From Phenylobacterium sp. (lineage in GTDB: Bacteria; Pseudomonadota; Alphaproteobacteria; Caulobacterales; Caulobacteraceae): a stretch of 64,000 nucleotides of DNA. Shown piece after piece: positions 37,655 through 46,342 of this stretch; the stretch's first letter is position 1, and every line of letters begins with the position of its first letter. A program made the position numbers and the translations under genes. The DNA lies in assembly GCF_034004485.1 (NCBI RefSeq), contig NZ_JAVEWP010000001.1; one strand, 5' to 3'. The notes under the pieces are model-generated. The model ran no database searches, was not told the origin of the DNA, and was given only the letters and a program-made list of their open reading frames with translations.

Positions 37655-38440
37655 TCATCCAGCCGGAGCGCCGACCTGGCGCGGGCGGGGATCGGCGCCG
37701 ATGTAGCCGAGCGCGGCGGCGTGCTGGATGGCCTGCGAGCGGCCGCCGACCCCCAGCTTCCGGGCCGCGTTGCCCAGGTGGAACCGCACGGTCGGCAGCG
37801 AGATGCCGACGATGCCGCCGATCTCGGCGTCGGTCTTGCCCGCCGCCGCCCACTTCAGGCACTGGATCTCGCGCCGGGTGAGCCTGGCCGGCACGGCGGA
37901 GGGCACCCCGCCGACCGCTTCGTCGTAGGCTCCGATGAAGCGGAAGGCCAGGCCGTGCAGCCGCTCGGCCCAGGCGGCGAAGGTGGTCTCGACGTCGAGG
38001 CTGGTGTCGGGGCTGGCCCACACCACCGCCCCGATCACCCCGCCCGGCAGGTGGGCGGGCGCGACGATGGCCGTCCCGACGCCGAAGGTGTCGGTCGCGC
38101 CGGCCTCCTCCAGCGCACGCAGGGCCCCGTTTGGCCGCCAGGAGCCGAAACGGCGGTTGCGGAACCAGAACGGCTCGGCGCAGCAGCGCGAGGCGTGCAC
38201 CAGCGCCGAGCGCAGGGCGAAGCCGCGGTCCTCCCAGTAGCGCAGGTCCGGATCGATCCACCGGAAGATGGTGACTGCGAAGGGCAGCCCGTCCGGGCCG
38301 CGCATCGGCTCGGGATCGCCGATGTCGGCGGAAACGGCGATGTAGGGCAGGCCGATTTCCTCGCCGGCCCTGGCCACCTCGCGGGCGAGGTCTTGGGCGA
38401 GATGCAGCAGGTCGCAAGGCTTGGCTGGAGTGACCGTCAT
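37655..38440 (-). CDS. LuxR-family regulator with an autoinducer-binding-like N-terminal domain
   Basis: Start at MTVTPAK (ATG 38440). C-terminal HTH LTRREIQCLKWAAAGKTDAEIGGIVGISLPTVRFHLGNAARKLG. Confidence 0.8.
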   Translation of the reverse strand: MTVTPAKPCDLLHLAQDLAREVARAGEEIGLPYIAVSADIGDPEPMRGPDGLPFAVTIFRWIDPDLRYWEDRGFALRSALVHASRCCAEPFWFRNRRFGSWRPNGALRALEEAGATDTFGVGTAIVAPAHLPGGVIGAVVWASPDTSLDVETTFAAWAERLHGLAFRFIGAYDEAVGGVPSAVPARLTRREIQCLKWAAAGKTDAEIGGIVGISLPTVRFHLGNAARKLGVGGRSQAIQHAAALGYIGADPRPRQVGAPAG

Positions 38441-38572
38441 GGCCGGCGGCCGCTTCCCCCTATCATTTCCGACAGCTTGTTCGCTGAAGCCCCGCTTCGC
38501 AAGCTGCCATCGGCGTCCGACCTCGGGCGGACAATGACCAGCGCCCGGCCAACGGGCTGAGGGGAGGAACAT

Positions 38573-40939
38573 ATGGGGCTCGGTAAATGGGGGGCCTCTG
38601 CGGCCGTCCTTGCCATGGCGTGCGCGAGCTCGCCCGCCATCGCGCAACAGGCCGCCACGGAAGTGGAGACCATCATCGTCACAGCGCAGAAGCGCGAACA
38701 GAACCTGCAGGACGTGCCGATCGTGGTCACCGTCGTCTCGGGCGAACAGCTTCAGGACGCCGGGGTGAAGGACGTGAAGGACCTGCAGGTCCTGTCGCCG
38801 GGCCTGTCCGTCACATCTTCGACCGGCGGGGCGCAGACCTCGATCCGTATCCGCGGCGTCGGCACCATCGGCGACAACCCGGGGCTGGAGTCCTCGGTCG
38901 GCACGGTGATCGACGGCGTCTACCGGGCCCGCAGCGGCGTGGCCTTCAACGATCTCGGCGAGGTCGAACGCATCGAGGTGCTGAAGGGCCCGCAGGGCAC
39001 GGTGTTCGGCAAGAACACCTCGGCGGGCGTCATCAACGTCATCACCGCCGCGCCGGAGTTCACCTTCGGGGCCCAGGGCGAGGTGACGGCGGGCAACCAC
39101 GGCGCGAAGGGGGCCTCGGTCAGCGTCACCGGCCCGCTCTCCGAGACGCTGGCGGGCCGGCTGTTCGCCGCCCGACGCGTGCGCGACGGCTTCTACGATC
39201 TTCGCAACGGGGCCGGTCCCAGCACTCAGGGCGACAACGACGACCAGGACGTGACTACCGTCCGCGGCCAGCTGCTGTGGCGGCCGACCGATACCCTGAC
39301 CCTGCGGTTGCTGGCCGACTACACGGAGCGGGACGAGCACTGCTGCCTGGACGTGACCACCCTGGTCGGTCCGACTGGGGCGATCATCGACATCCTGGCC
39401 GCGGACGACGGGCTGTTGCGCCCGGCCGACCCGTTCCGCCGGCTAGGCCACGCGAACCGCGAGTCGAACCAGCACATCGAGGACAAGGGCGTCTCGCTGC
39501 AGGCAGACTGGGAGCTCAACGACAACGTCACCCTGACCTCGGTCACCGCCTGGCGCGACTGGCGCAACCGGCAGGCCAACGACATCGACTTCTCCTCGGC
39601 CGATATCTGGTACCGGCCGGACGACGGACGCACCTTCTCCAACTTCGAGGTGTTCTCGCAGGAGGTGCGGCTGGCCGGCGCCTCCGGACCGCTCGACTGG
39701 ATGGTGGGCGGCTTTTTCTCCGACGAGCAGCTGAACACCAGCGCGTTCACGCCCTACGGCACGGCCTACGAGTTCTACTTCGGCGTGCTGCTGTCGGCGG
39801 GGGTCAATCCGGCGATGGTCTCGCAGCTGACCGGCCTGCCGTTCGGGACCAACTTCCGGCCCGGCGAGGGCGCGTACGATCACTTCGACCACGAGAGCCG
39901 CGGCTGGGCGCTGTTCACCAACAACACCTGGCACGTCAGCGACGCGCTCGAGGTGACCTTCGGCCTTCGCTACGCCTCCGACACCAAGGAGGTGTTCTCG
40001 CAGTACAGCAACACCGTCCCGGCGGCGGCCTGCGCAGCGGCCATCGTGCGGCCGATGCCGGCGGCGATGCGCAACGTCATCTGTGCGCCGGGCTCCGACC
40101 CGGCGTTCGACGGCGTCGACACCTCCCAGAAGCGCACCGAGGAGCGGCTGGGCGGCACGGTGAAGGTCAGCTACCGCTTCTCGCCCGAGCTGATGGGCTA
40201 CGTCTCCTACGCCTCCAGCCACAAGAGCGGCGGCTTCAACCTCGACCGCGCGCGGCTCGGGCCCGGGATCATCAATCCGGACACCAGCTTTCCGGCCGAG
40301 ACGGTGGACGCCTACGAGATCGGCCTGAAGAGCCAGCTGTTCGACAACAGCCTGATCCTCAACGCCGCGGCGTTCGACCAGACCTTCGAGGATTTCCAGC
40401 TCAACACCTTCACCGGCATCAGCTTCGTGGTCGCCTCGATCCCCGAGGTCACCTCGCGCGGCGTCGATGTCGACGCCATGTGGCGCACGCCGGTGGAGGG
40501 ACTGACCTTCACCGGCGGGGCGACCTATGCGGTGACCCAGTACGGGAACTTCGTGCCCGGTCCCGGCGTCGGGCCGCGGCTGCCGACCTCCCGGCTATCC
40601 TACGCCCCGCTGTGGTCGGTCTCCTGGTCGGGGGCCTACGAGCGTGAGGTTGGGTCGGGGCTGAAGTTCCGGGCCAGCCTCTCGGGCCGATACACCTCGG
40701 CCTACAACACCGGCTCGAACCTCGATCCGCTGAAGATCCAGAAGGAGCTGACGCTGTGGAACGGCCGGGTCGGCCTGGGCTCTGCGGACGAGCGCTGGAC
40801 GGTGGAGCTGTTCGCCCAGAACCTGACCGACGAGGATTACTATCAGGTCGTCGTCGACCAGCCTCTGCAATCAGGCACCTTCGCCGCCTTCCTGGGCGCG
40901 CCGCGCACCTGGGGCGTGACGCTCCGCTCGAGGTTCTAG
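38573..40939 (+). CDS. TonB-dependent receptor
   Basis: Signal peptide. Plug start ETIIVTAQKREQNLQDVPI. C-terminal WGVTLRSRF. Confidence 0.9.
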   Translation: MGLGKWGASAAVLAMACASSPAIAQQAATEVETIIVTAQKREQNLQDVPIVVTVVSGEQLQDAGVKDVKDLQVLSPGLSVTSSTGGAQTSIRIRGVGTIGDNPGLESSVGTVIDGVYRARSGVAFNDLGEVERIEVLKGPQGTVFGKNTSAGVINVITAAPEFTFGAQGEVTAGNHGAKGASVSVTGPLSETLAGRLFAARRVRDGFYDLRNGAGPSTQGDNDDQDVTTVRGQLLWRPTDTLTLRLLADYTERDEHCCLDVTTLVGPTGAIIDILAADDGLLRPADPFRRLGHANRESNQHIEDKGVSLQADWELNDNVTLTSVTAWRDWRNRQANDIDFSSADIWYRPDDGRTFSNFEVFSQEVRLAGASGPLDWMVGGFFSDEQLNTSAFTPYGTAYEFYFGVLLSAGVNPAMVSQLTGLPFGTNFRPGEGAYDHFDHESRGWALFTNNTWHVSDALEVTFGLRYASDTKEVFSQYSNTVPAAACAAAIVRPMPAAMRNVICAPGSDPAFDGVDTSQKRTEERLGGTVKVSYRFSPELMGYVSYASSHKSGGFNLDRARLGPGIINPDTSFPAETVDAYEIGLKSQLFDNSLILNAAAFDQTFEDFQLNTFTGISFVVASIPEVTSRGVDVDAMWRTPVEGLTFTGGATYAVTQYGNFVPGPGVGPRLPTSRLSYAPLWSVSWSGAYEREVGSGLKFRASLSGRYTSAYNTGSNLDPLKIQKELTLWNGRVGLGSADERWTVELFAQNLTDEDYYQVVVDQPLQSGTFAAFLGAPRTWGVTLRSRF

Positions 40940-42120
40940 TGGACCTGGACCTGACGCCGGCGGACCTCGCCTTCCGGGACGAGGTCCGCGCCTTCCTGGC
41001 CGACATGCTGAAGCCGGAGCTGCGGCAGGCGGCGGCGCGGGCGACCAGCGTCTTCACCCACCCCCGCTACAGCCTGCCATGGCAGAAGATCCTGCACGCG
41101 CGCGGTTGGGCGGCGCCGAGCTGGCCGAAGGCGCACGGTGGGCCCGGCTGGAGCGAGGTGCAGCGCTACATCTTCGCCGCCGAGTGCGCGCGGGCCGGGG
41201 CTCCCAGCCTGGCCCCCATGGGCCTGCGGATGGTGGGCCCGGCGATCATGGGCTTCGGGACCGAGGCGCAGAAGGCGCACTACCTGCCCCGCATCCTCTC
41301 GGGTGAGGACTACTGGTGCCAGGGCTACTCCGAGCCGGGCGCCGGCTCGGACCTGGCGGCGCTGCAGCTGCGCGCCGACAGCGACGGCGACGACTACGTG
41401 CTGACCGGCTCCAAGATCTGGACCACCCACGCCCAGTTCGCCAACCGCATGTTCTGTCTCGTCAGGACGCGGTTCGAGGGCAAGCCGCAGGCAGGGATCA
41501 CCTTCCTTCTGCTGGATATGACGAGCCCCGGGATCACCGTGAAGCCGATCGTCACCCTGGCCGGCGAGCACGAGGACAACCAGGTCTTCTTCGACGGGGT
41601 GCGGGTTCCCAAGGCCAACCGCCTGGGCGAGGAGAACCAGGGCTGGACGGTCGCCAAGTACCTGCTGGAGTTCGAACGTGGCGGCGGCTCGGCGCCTGGG
41701 CTGCAGGTGGCGCTCGCGCGCGCCCGGCGCCTCGCCGACGCCGAGGGGCACGACGATCCGGCCTGGCGACGGCGGCTGGCGGAGGCCGAGATCGCCGTCC
41801 AGGCCATCGACATCTCCGAGCGGCGGGTGCTGGCGGCGCTGGCCAGCGGCGCCAACCCGGGGCCGGCCTCATCCATGCTGAAGATCAACGGGGCGGAGGC
41901 GGTCCAGAGGATCGACGAGCTGGCGCTCGAGGCGGCCGGCCTCTACGCAGCCCCCGACCAGCCGCAGGCGCGCGAGCCGAACGCCAACCTCGAAGTCATC
42001 GGGCCCGAGCACAGCCTTACCCTCATGGCCCGCTACCTGAACGACCGCGCCGCCTCGATCTACGGCGGCTCCAACGAGATCCAGCGAGACATCATCGCCC
42101 GGCTGGTGCTGGGCCTGTGA
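40939..42120 (+). CDS. acyl-CoA dehydrogenase
   Basis: GTG start sharing one base with the receptor TAG stop. N-terminus DLDLTPADLAFRDEVRAFL. WCQGYSEPGAGSDLAAL. Confidence 0.8.
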   Translation: MDLDLTPADLAFRDEVRAFLADMLKPELRQAAARATSVFTHPRYSLPWQKILHARGWAAPSWPKAHGGPGWSEVQRYIFAAECARAGAPSLAPMGLRMVGPAIMGFGTEAQKAHYLPRILSGEDYWCQGYSEPGAGSDLAALQLRADSDGDDYVLTGSKIWTTHAQFANRMFCLVRTRFEGKPQAGITFLLLDMTSPGITVKPIVTLAGEHEDNQVFFDGVRVPKANRLGEENQGWTVAKYLLEFERGGGSAPGLQVALARARRLADAEGHDDPAWRRRLAEAEIAVQAIDISERRVLAALASGANPGPASSMLKINGAEAVQRIDELALEAAGLYAAPDQPQAREPNANLEVIGPEHSLTLMARYLNDRAASIYGGSNEIQRDIIARLVLGL

Positions 42121-42134
42121 GGAAACCCGAGTCC

Positions 42135-42539
42135 ATGACGTTCAGCTTTCGCCGCCCTCCGTTCCGCACCTATTCGATCAGCGAGCTCTGCCGCGAATTC
42201 GACGTCACGCCCCGGGCGCTGAGGTTCTACGAGGAGCGCGGCCTGCTTTCGCCCGCCCGACGCGACATGCAGCGCATCTACTCCTCCCGCGACCGGGCGC
42301 GGCTGGCTCTCGTGGTCCGCGGCCGCCGGGTCGGCATCAGCCTGGCCGAAATCCACGAGATCCTGGACGTCTACGACCGGGAAGGGCCGGCCGGTCAGAA
42401 CGCGCGCGCCTTGCGCGTGTTCAAGAAGAAGATCGCCGAGCTGGAAGCCCAGCGCGCCGACGTTGTGGCGGCGATCGAGACGTTGCAGGACGCCGCGGAC
42501 CGACTTGCCGAGCGGCTGGGCGGGGAGGCCGCGGCCTAG
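42135..42539 (+). CDS. MerR-family transcriptional regulator (LiuR-like context)
   Basis: [26 protein letters not shown]. 134 aa. Confidence 0.85.
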   Translation: MTFSFRRPPFRTYSISELCREFDVTPRALRFYEERGLLSPARRDMQRIYSSRDRARLALVVRGRRVGISLAEIHEILDVYDREGPAGQNARALRVFKKKIAELEAQRADVVAAIETLQDAADRLAERLGGEAAA

Positions 42540-42552
42540 CGAAGGAGAGGCG

Positions 42553-43437
42553 ATGAGCGCCCTCGACGAGATCGCCCAAGTCGCATGGGCGCGGCTGCCC
42601 GCCTCGCCCCTGAGCGGCGGCAAGGTCGACTATCGGTCGCCGCGGGGCGACGTCGGCTTTTTCGGGCCCGGGTCGATGGCCTGGCGGGTGCACGCCAACC
42701 CCATCGCTCTGGCGGTAGGCGGGGTGGCGGCGGTGATCCTCGAACTGGCCGAGCCGCGCGTGCGCACTGGCGTCTGGGAGCATTCCATCTTCCGCACCGA
42801 CCCACTGGCGCGAATGCAGCGCACCGGCGAGGCGACGCTGATCACCACCTACGGGCCGACCCGCGCGGCCGAAGCGCGGATCGCCATGGTCACCCGCATG
42901 CACGAGCGGGTCTTCGGGACGACGCCGGAGGGGCAGGCCTTCACTGCCCTCGACCCGGAGCTGATGACCTGGGTGCACCTGACCGCCGGCTGGGGATTCG
43001 TCACCGCCTACGACCGCTACGTCGAACGGCTGGGGGCGGCCGAGATCGACCGCTACTACGCCGAGGGCGGGCGGCTGGGTCGGGCGTTCGGCGCGCCGGA
43101 GCCGCCCGGCTCGGCCGCCGAGGTCGCGGCCTGGTTCGACCGTATGCGGCCGATGCTGCGGCCGAACCCGATCATCGGCGAGTTCCTGGGGATCGTGGCC
43201 CGCACCTCGCCCCTCGGCCTGGCCGGCCGGGCGCTGCAGCCGCTGGTCGTCGAGGCCGCCATCGACCTCGTGCCGGAGGACATCCGCGACGCGCTCGGCC
43301 TCTCGTCGCGGGCGGTCCGCCTGGGCGTGGCCGAGTTCGTGCTGGGCGGCCTGGGCAGTGCCGCGCGCCGCTCGCCGCCGCCGGTGGTGCGCGACGCCTA
43401 CGCCCGCATCGGCCTGACCCCCTATCAGTTCCGCTAG
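42553..43437 (+). CDS. DUF2236 / MpaB-type oxygenase family protein
   Basis: ATG preceded by [20 protein letters not shown] and an overall pattern typical of DUF2236. Confidence 0.65.
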   Translation: MSALDEIAQVAWARLPASPLSGGKVDYRSPRGDVGFFGPGSMAWRVHANPIALAVGGVAAVILELAEPRVRTGVWEHSIFRTDPLARMQRTGEATLITTYGPTRAAEARIAMVTRMHERVFGTTPEGQAFTALDPELMTWVHLTAGWGFVTAYDRYVERLGAAEIDRYYAEGGRLGRAFGAPEPPGSAAEVAAWFDRMRPMLRPNPIIGEFLGIVARTSPLGLAGRALQPLVVEAAIDLVPEDIRDALGLSSRAVRLGVAEFVLGGLGSAARRSPPPVVRDAYARIGLTPYQFR

Positions 43438-43518
43438 CTATCGCGGTTCGGCGAGAGGCGGCACGCTCCCTTTCCGACAGAGCCGGCGCAAGACCGGCGA
43501 GTAGAGGGACGGGAGACC

Positions 43519-45954
43519 ATGCACATCGAAGCAAGCCGGCGGGCGCTGCTCGCCCTGACCGTGTCCGCGGCCGCGCTCGGGGCGGGCCAGGCCGCCTGGG
43601 CGCAGAGCCCGGCCGAGGGCGTGACCACCCTGGACGCGGTGGTGGTGACGGCCCAGCGCCGGGAGGAGACCGCCAACACCGTCCCGATGCCGATCCAGGC
43701 GGTGGGCGGCGAGGTTCTGGAGCAGCTCCACGTCACCGACGCCCGCGACCTGTCGGCCTTTGCGCCAAGCTTCACCGTCTCGCAGAGCTACCAGGGGGTG
43801 CCGACCTACACGCTGCGCGGCATCGGCTTCAACACCATCAACCTGTCGGCCACCTCCACCGTCGGCACCTACGTGGACGAGGTCGCCTACGCCTATCCGT
43901 TCATGCTGACCGGGCCGATCTTCGACCTGGAGCGGGTGGAGGTGCTGAAGGGCCCGCAGGGCACCCTCTACGGCCGCAACACCACCGCCGGCCTGGTGGA
44001 CTTCGTCACCCGCAAGCCGACCGACGTGTTCGACGCCTCGGTCACGGCCGAGGTCGGCAATTACGAGACCTTCAACCTCGAGGGCTTCGTCAATGGACCG
44101 ATCGCCGAAGGGATCGCCGGGCGCCTCGCCTTCCGCATCGAGAACAGCGACGAGGGCTGGCAAGTCAGCAACACCCGAGGCGAGCGGCAGGGCAAGGTCG
44201 ACCGCTGGGGCCTGCGCGCTTCGCTGGCCATCGAGCCCAACGAGCGGGTGGCCATCGACGCCTCGGTGAACGCCTGGAAGAACAAGTCCGACACCGTCAC
44301 CGCCCAGGGGATCGGCTTCACCCCGGCGACCACCAACAGCCCATTCAACGCCCCCGGGCTGCCCGGCTACATCGCCGCCAATCCGCCCACCGCGGCCCGC
44401 GACGGCGACTGGGCGCCGGCCGCCCTGCGCGGCGTGGACGTCGGAATCGGCGCGGGTCTGGCCGGCCCGCTGCGCGAGGACAACGACTTCATCGCGCTGA
44501 AGCTGCGCGTCGCCGTGGAGCTGGCCGACAACCTGCGGCTGGTCTCGCTGACCAGCTTCAACGACCTGAAGCGCCGGGCGCTGTCCGACTGGAGCGGCGC
44601 GCCCTACGAGATTCTGCTGCAACGGACCCACGGCGACATCGAATCGATCGCCGAGGAGCTGCGCCTGGAGGGCGAGACCGAGCGGATGAACTGGCTGGCC
44701 GGCGTCTACGTCGCCCGCGACGAGATCCTGGACTCCAACCGCACCCTGCTGGGTCAGAACGCCAACGTCACCCTCATCCGCACGGTGGGCCAGCCGTTGC
44801 TGGCGAGCCCGTTCAACAGCTTCGGCTACACCCCGGCCGACCTGAGCCAGGCCTTCCGCACCTATCAGGACATCGGCGAGATCGAGACCGAGACCTGGAG
44901 CGTCTTCGCCAACGGCGACTACCGTCTGACCGACACCCTCAAGCTGACGCTCGGGCTGCGCTACACCCAGGACAAGCAGGACTACGTCGGCTGCTCGCGC
45001 GACGTGAACGGCTCGATGCTGCCGAACGTCAACGTCGTGAACCGGGCGCTGTTCTTCCAGACCTACGGGGCGATGGTGGCGCCCATCGCTATGGGCGATT
45101 GCGTGACCTTCGACCCGGCCACCCTGACCTTCGGGGCGGTGCGCTCGACGCTGGACGAGGACAATTTCGCCTGGCGGGTCGCCCTCGACTGGCGGCCCAC
45201 CGACGACGTCCTGCTCTACGGCTCGATCTCGCGCGGGGCCAAGGCCGGGGCCTCGCCGATCAACGCGGCCAACATCTCCACCCAGAACGCCCCCGCCCGC
45301 CAGGAACTGCTCACCGCCTACGAGGTGGGGATCAAGGCGACGCTGCTAGAACGGCGCATGCAGGCCAACGTCGGCGCCTTCTACTACGACTACGAGGACA
45401 AGCAGCTGTCGGTCTATTTCGCCGACCCGATCTACACGGCGCTGGCGCGGCTGCAGAACGTGCCGGAGGGCGAGGCCTACGGCCTGGACGGGGAGGTGAC
45501 GCTGCGGGTGACGCCGGAGCTGACGCTGATCGGCTCGGGCACGCTGCTGCACACCGAGGTCATCGGCTACGCCGGCATCAACGGCGCCGGCCAGCCGGAG
45601 AACTTCGACGGCCGTCCTTTCCTCTACAGCCCCGAGCGTAGCTTCGCGCTGACCGCCCTCTACAACCGCGACCTGACCGGGTCGCTGGGGGTGCAGGCGG
45701 CGGTCAACTACCGCTGGCAGGACGAGGCCCATGCCGACCTCGAGGGCGACCCGCAGTTCGTGATCAGAGACTACGGCCTGCTCAACGCCAGCGTCGGCCT
45801 GCACAGCCTGGACGACCGCTGGCGACTGGCGGTGTGGGGCCGCAACCTGACGGACGAGTACTACTGGACCGCAGTCTCCTCGAACGCGAACGTGGTGGTC
45901 CGCTTCCCGGGCCAGCCGCGCACCTACGGGGCCTCGCTGACGGTCAGGTTCTGA
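43519..45954 (+). CDS. TonB-dependent receptor
   Basis: Signal peptide. LDAVVVTAQRREETANTVPM. C-terminal YGASLTVRF. Confidence 0.9.
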   Translation: MHIEASRRALLALTVSAAALGAGQAAWAQSPAEGVTTLDAVVVTAQRREETANTVPMPIQAVGGEVLEQLHVTDARDLSAFAPSFTVSQSYQGVPTYTLRGIGFNTINLSATSTVGTYVDEVAYAYPFMLTGPIFDLERVEVLKGPQGTLYGRNTTAGLVDFVTRKPTDVFDASVTAEVGNYETFNLEGFVNGPIAEGIAGRLAFRIENSDEGWQVSNTRGERQGKVDRWGLRASLAIEPNERVAIDASVNAWKNKSDTVTAQGIGFTPATTNSPFNAPGLPGYIAANPPTAARDGDWAPAALRGVDVGIGAGLAGPLREDNDFIALKLRVAVELADNLRLVSLTSFNDLKRRALSDWSGAPYEILLQRTHGDIESIAEELRLEGETERMNWLAGVYVARDEILDSNRTLLGQNANVTLIRTVGQPLLASPFNSFGYTPADLSQAFRTYQDIGEIETETWSVFANGDYRLTDTLKLTLGLRYTQDKQDYVGCSRDVNGSMLPNVNVVNRALFFQTYGAMVAPIAMGDCVTFDPATLTFGAVRSTLDEDNFAWRVALDWRPTDDVLLYGSISRGAKAGASPINAANISTQNAPARQELLTAYEVGIKATLLERRMQANVGAFYYDYEDKQLSVYFADPIYTALARLQNVPEGEAYGLDGEVTLRVTPELTLIGSGTLLHTEVIGYAGINGAGQPENFDGRPFLYSPERSFALTALYNRDLTGSLGVQAAVNYRWQDEAHADLEGDPQFVIRDYGLLNASVGLHSLDDRWRLAVWGRNLTDEYYWTAVSSNANVVVRFPGQPRTYGASLTVRF

Positions 45955-46065
45955 GCCGCCGCGGGCGGGAAGATGGAGCCGGTCGCCGAAAGTGATCACG
46001 GCGTGTTGAACCTTATTCCTCCCACCGCGCTTAGAGCTTGGCCTTACGAGGAGGAGATTCAACTT

Positions 46066-46308
46066 ATGCGCATTGTCACCATGGCTTTCGCGGCCGCCGC
46101 CGCCCTGTCCCTCGTCGCCTGCAACAGCCCGGCCGACCAGGCCGCCGAAGAGAAGGCCGACGCCCTGGAAGCCCAGGCCGCCGCGACCTCGAACGAGACG
46201 ATGGAGACCCAGCTGAACGCTCAGGCCGACGCCATCGAGCAGCAGGCCGGCAACGCCGACGGCGGCGCGACCACCGCCAACACCCCCGACACCAGCCCGT
46301 CGAAGTAA
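46066..46308 (+). CDS. small lipoprotein (80 aa)
   Basis: GAGGAGGA RBS. MRIVTMAFAAAAALSLVAC lipobox. Confidence 0.5.
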   Translation: MRIVTMAFAAAAALSLVACNSPADQAAEEKADALEAQAAATSNETMETQLNAQADAIEQQAGNADGGATTANTPDTSPSK

Positions 46309-46312
46309 GGGG

Positions 46313-46341
46313 CCCGAGGGGGCGCCGACCCCCGCTCCGGG
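46313..46341. terminator. imperfect GC-rich hairpin between the convergent lipoprotein and D-aminoacylase genes
   Basis: CCCG-a-GGGGG-cgccga-CCCCC-gctc-CGGG. Confidence 0.35.
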
Positions 46342-46342
46342 A

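Noticed and set aside
37644-37657. Reading the TGAC-N6-GTCA palindromes upstream of the P450 genes as FNR/FixK or CRP boxes.
   Set aside because: FNR/FixK requires TTGA-N6-TCAA and CRP requires TGTGA-N6-TCACA. The half-sites here (TGAC/GTCA) do not match either. I kept them only as unassigned palindromes.
42585-45641. Very long antisense or off-frame ORFs. Examples are 42585..45641 (1018 aa), 54447..57374 (975 aa), 9159..11393 (744 aa), 48834..50975 (713 aa), 61583..63712 (709 aa), 38587..40647 (686 aa), 7780..9129 and 20754..21929.
   Set aside because: All are Arg/Gly/Pro/Ala/His-rich with no recognisable motifs. All overlap genes with clear family signatures. Stop-poor shadow frames are expected in DNA this GC-rich.
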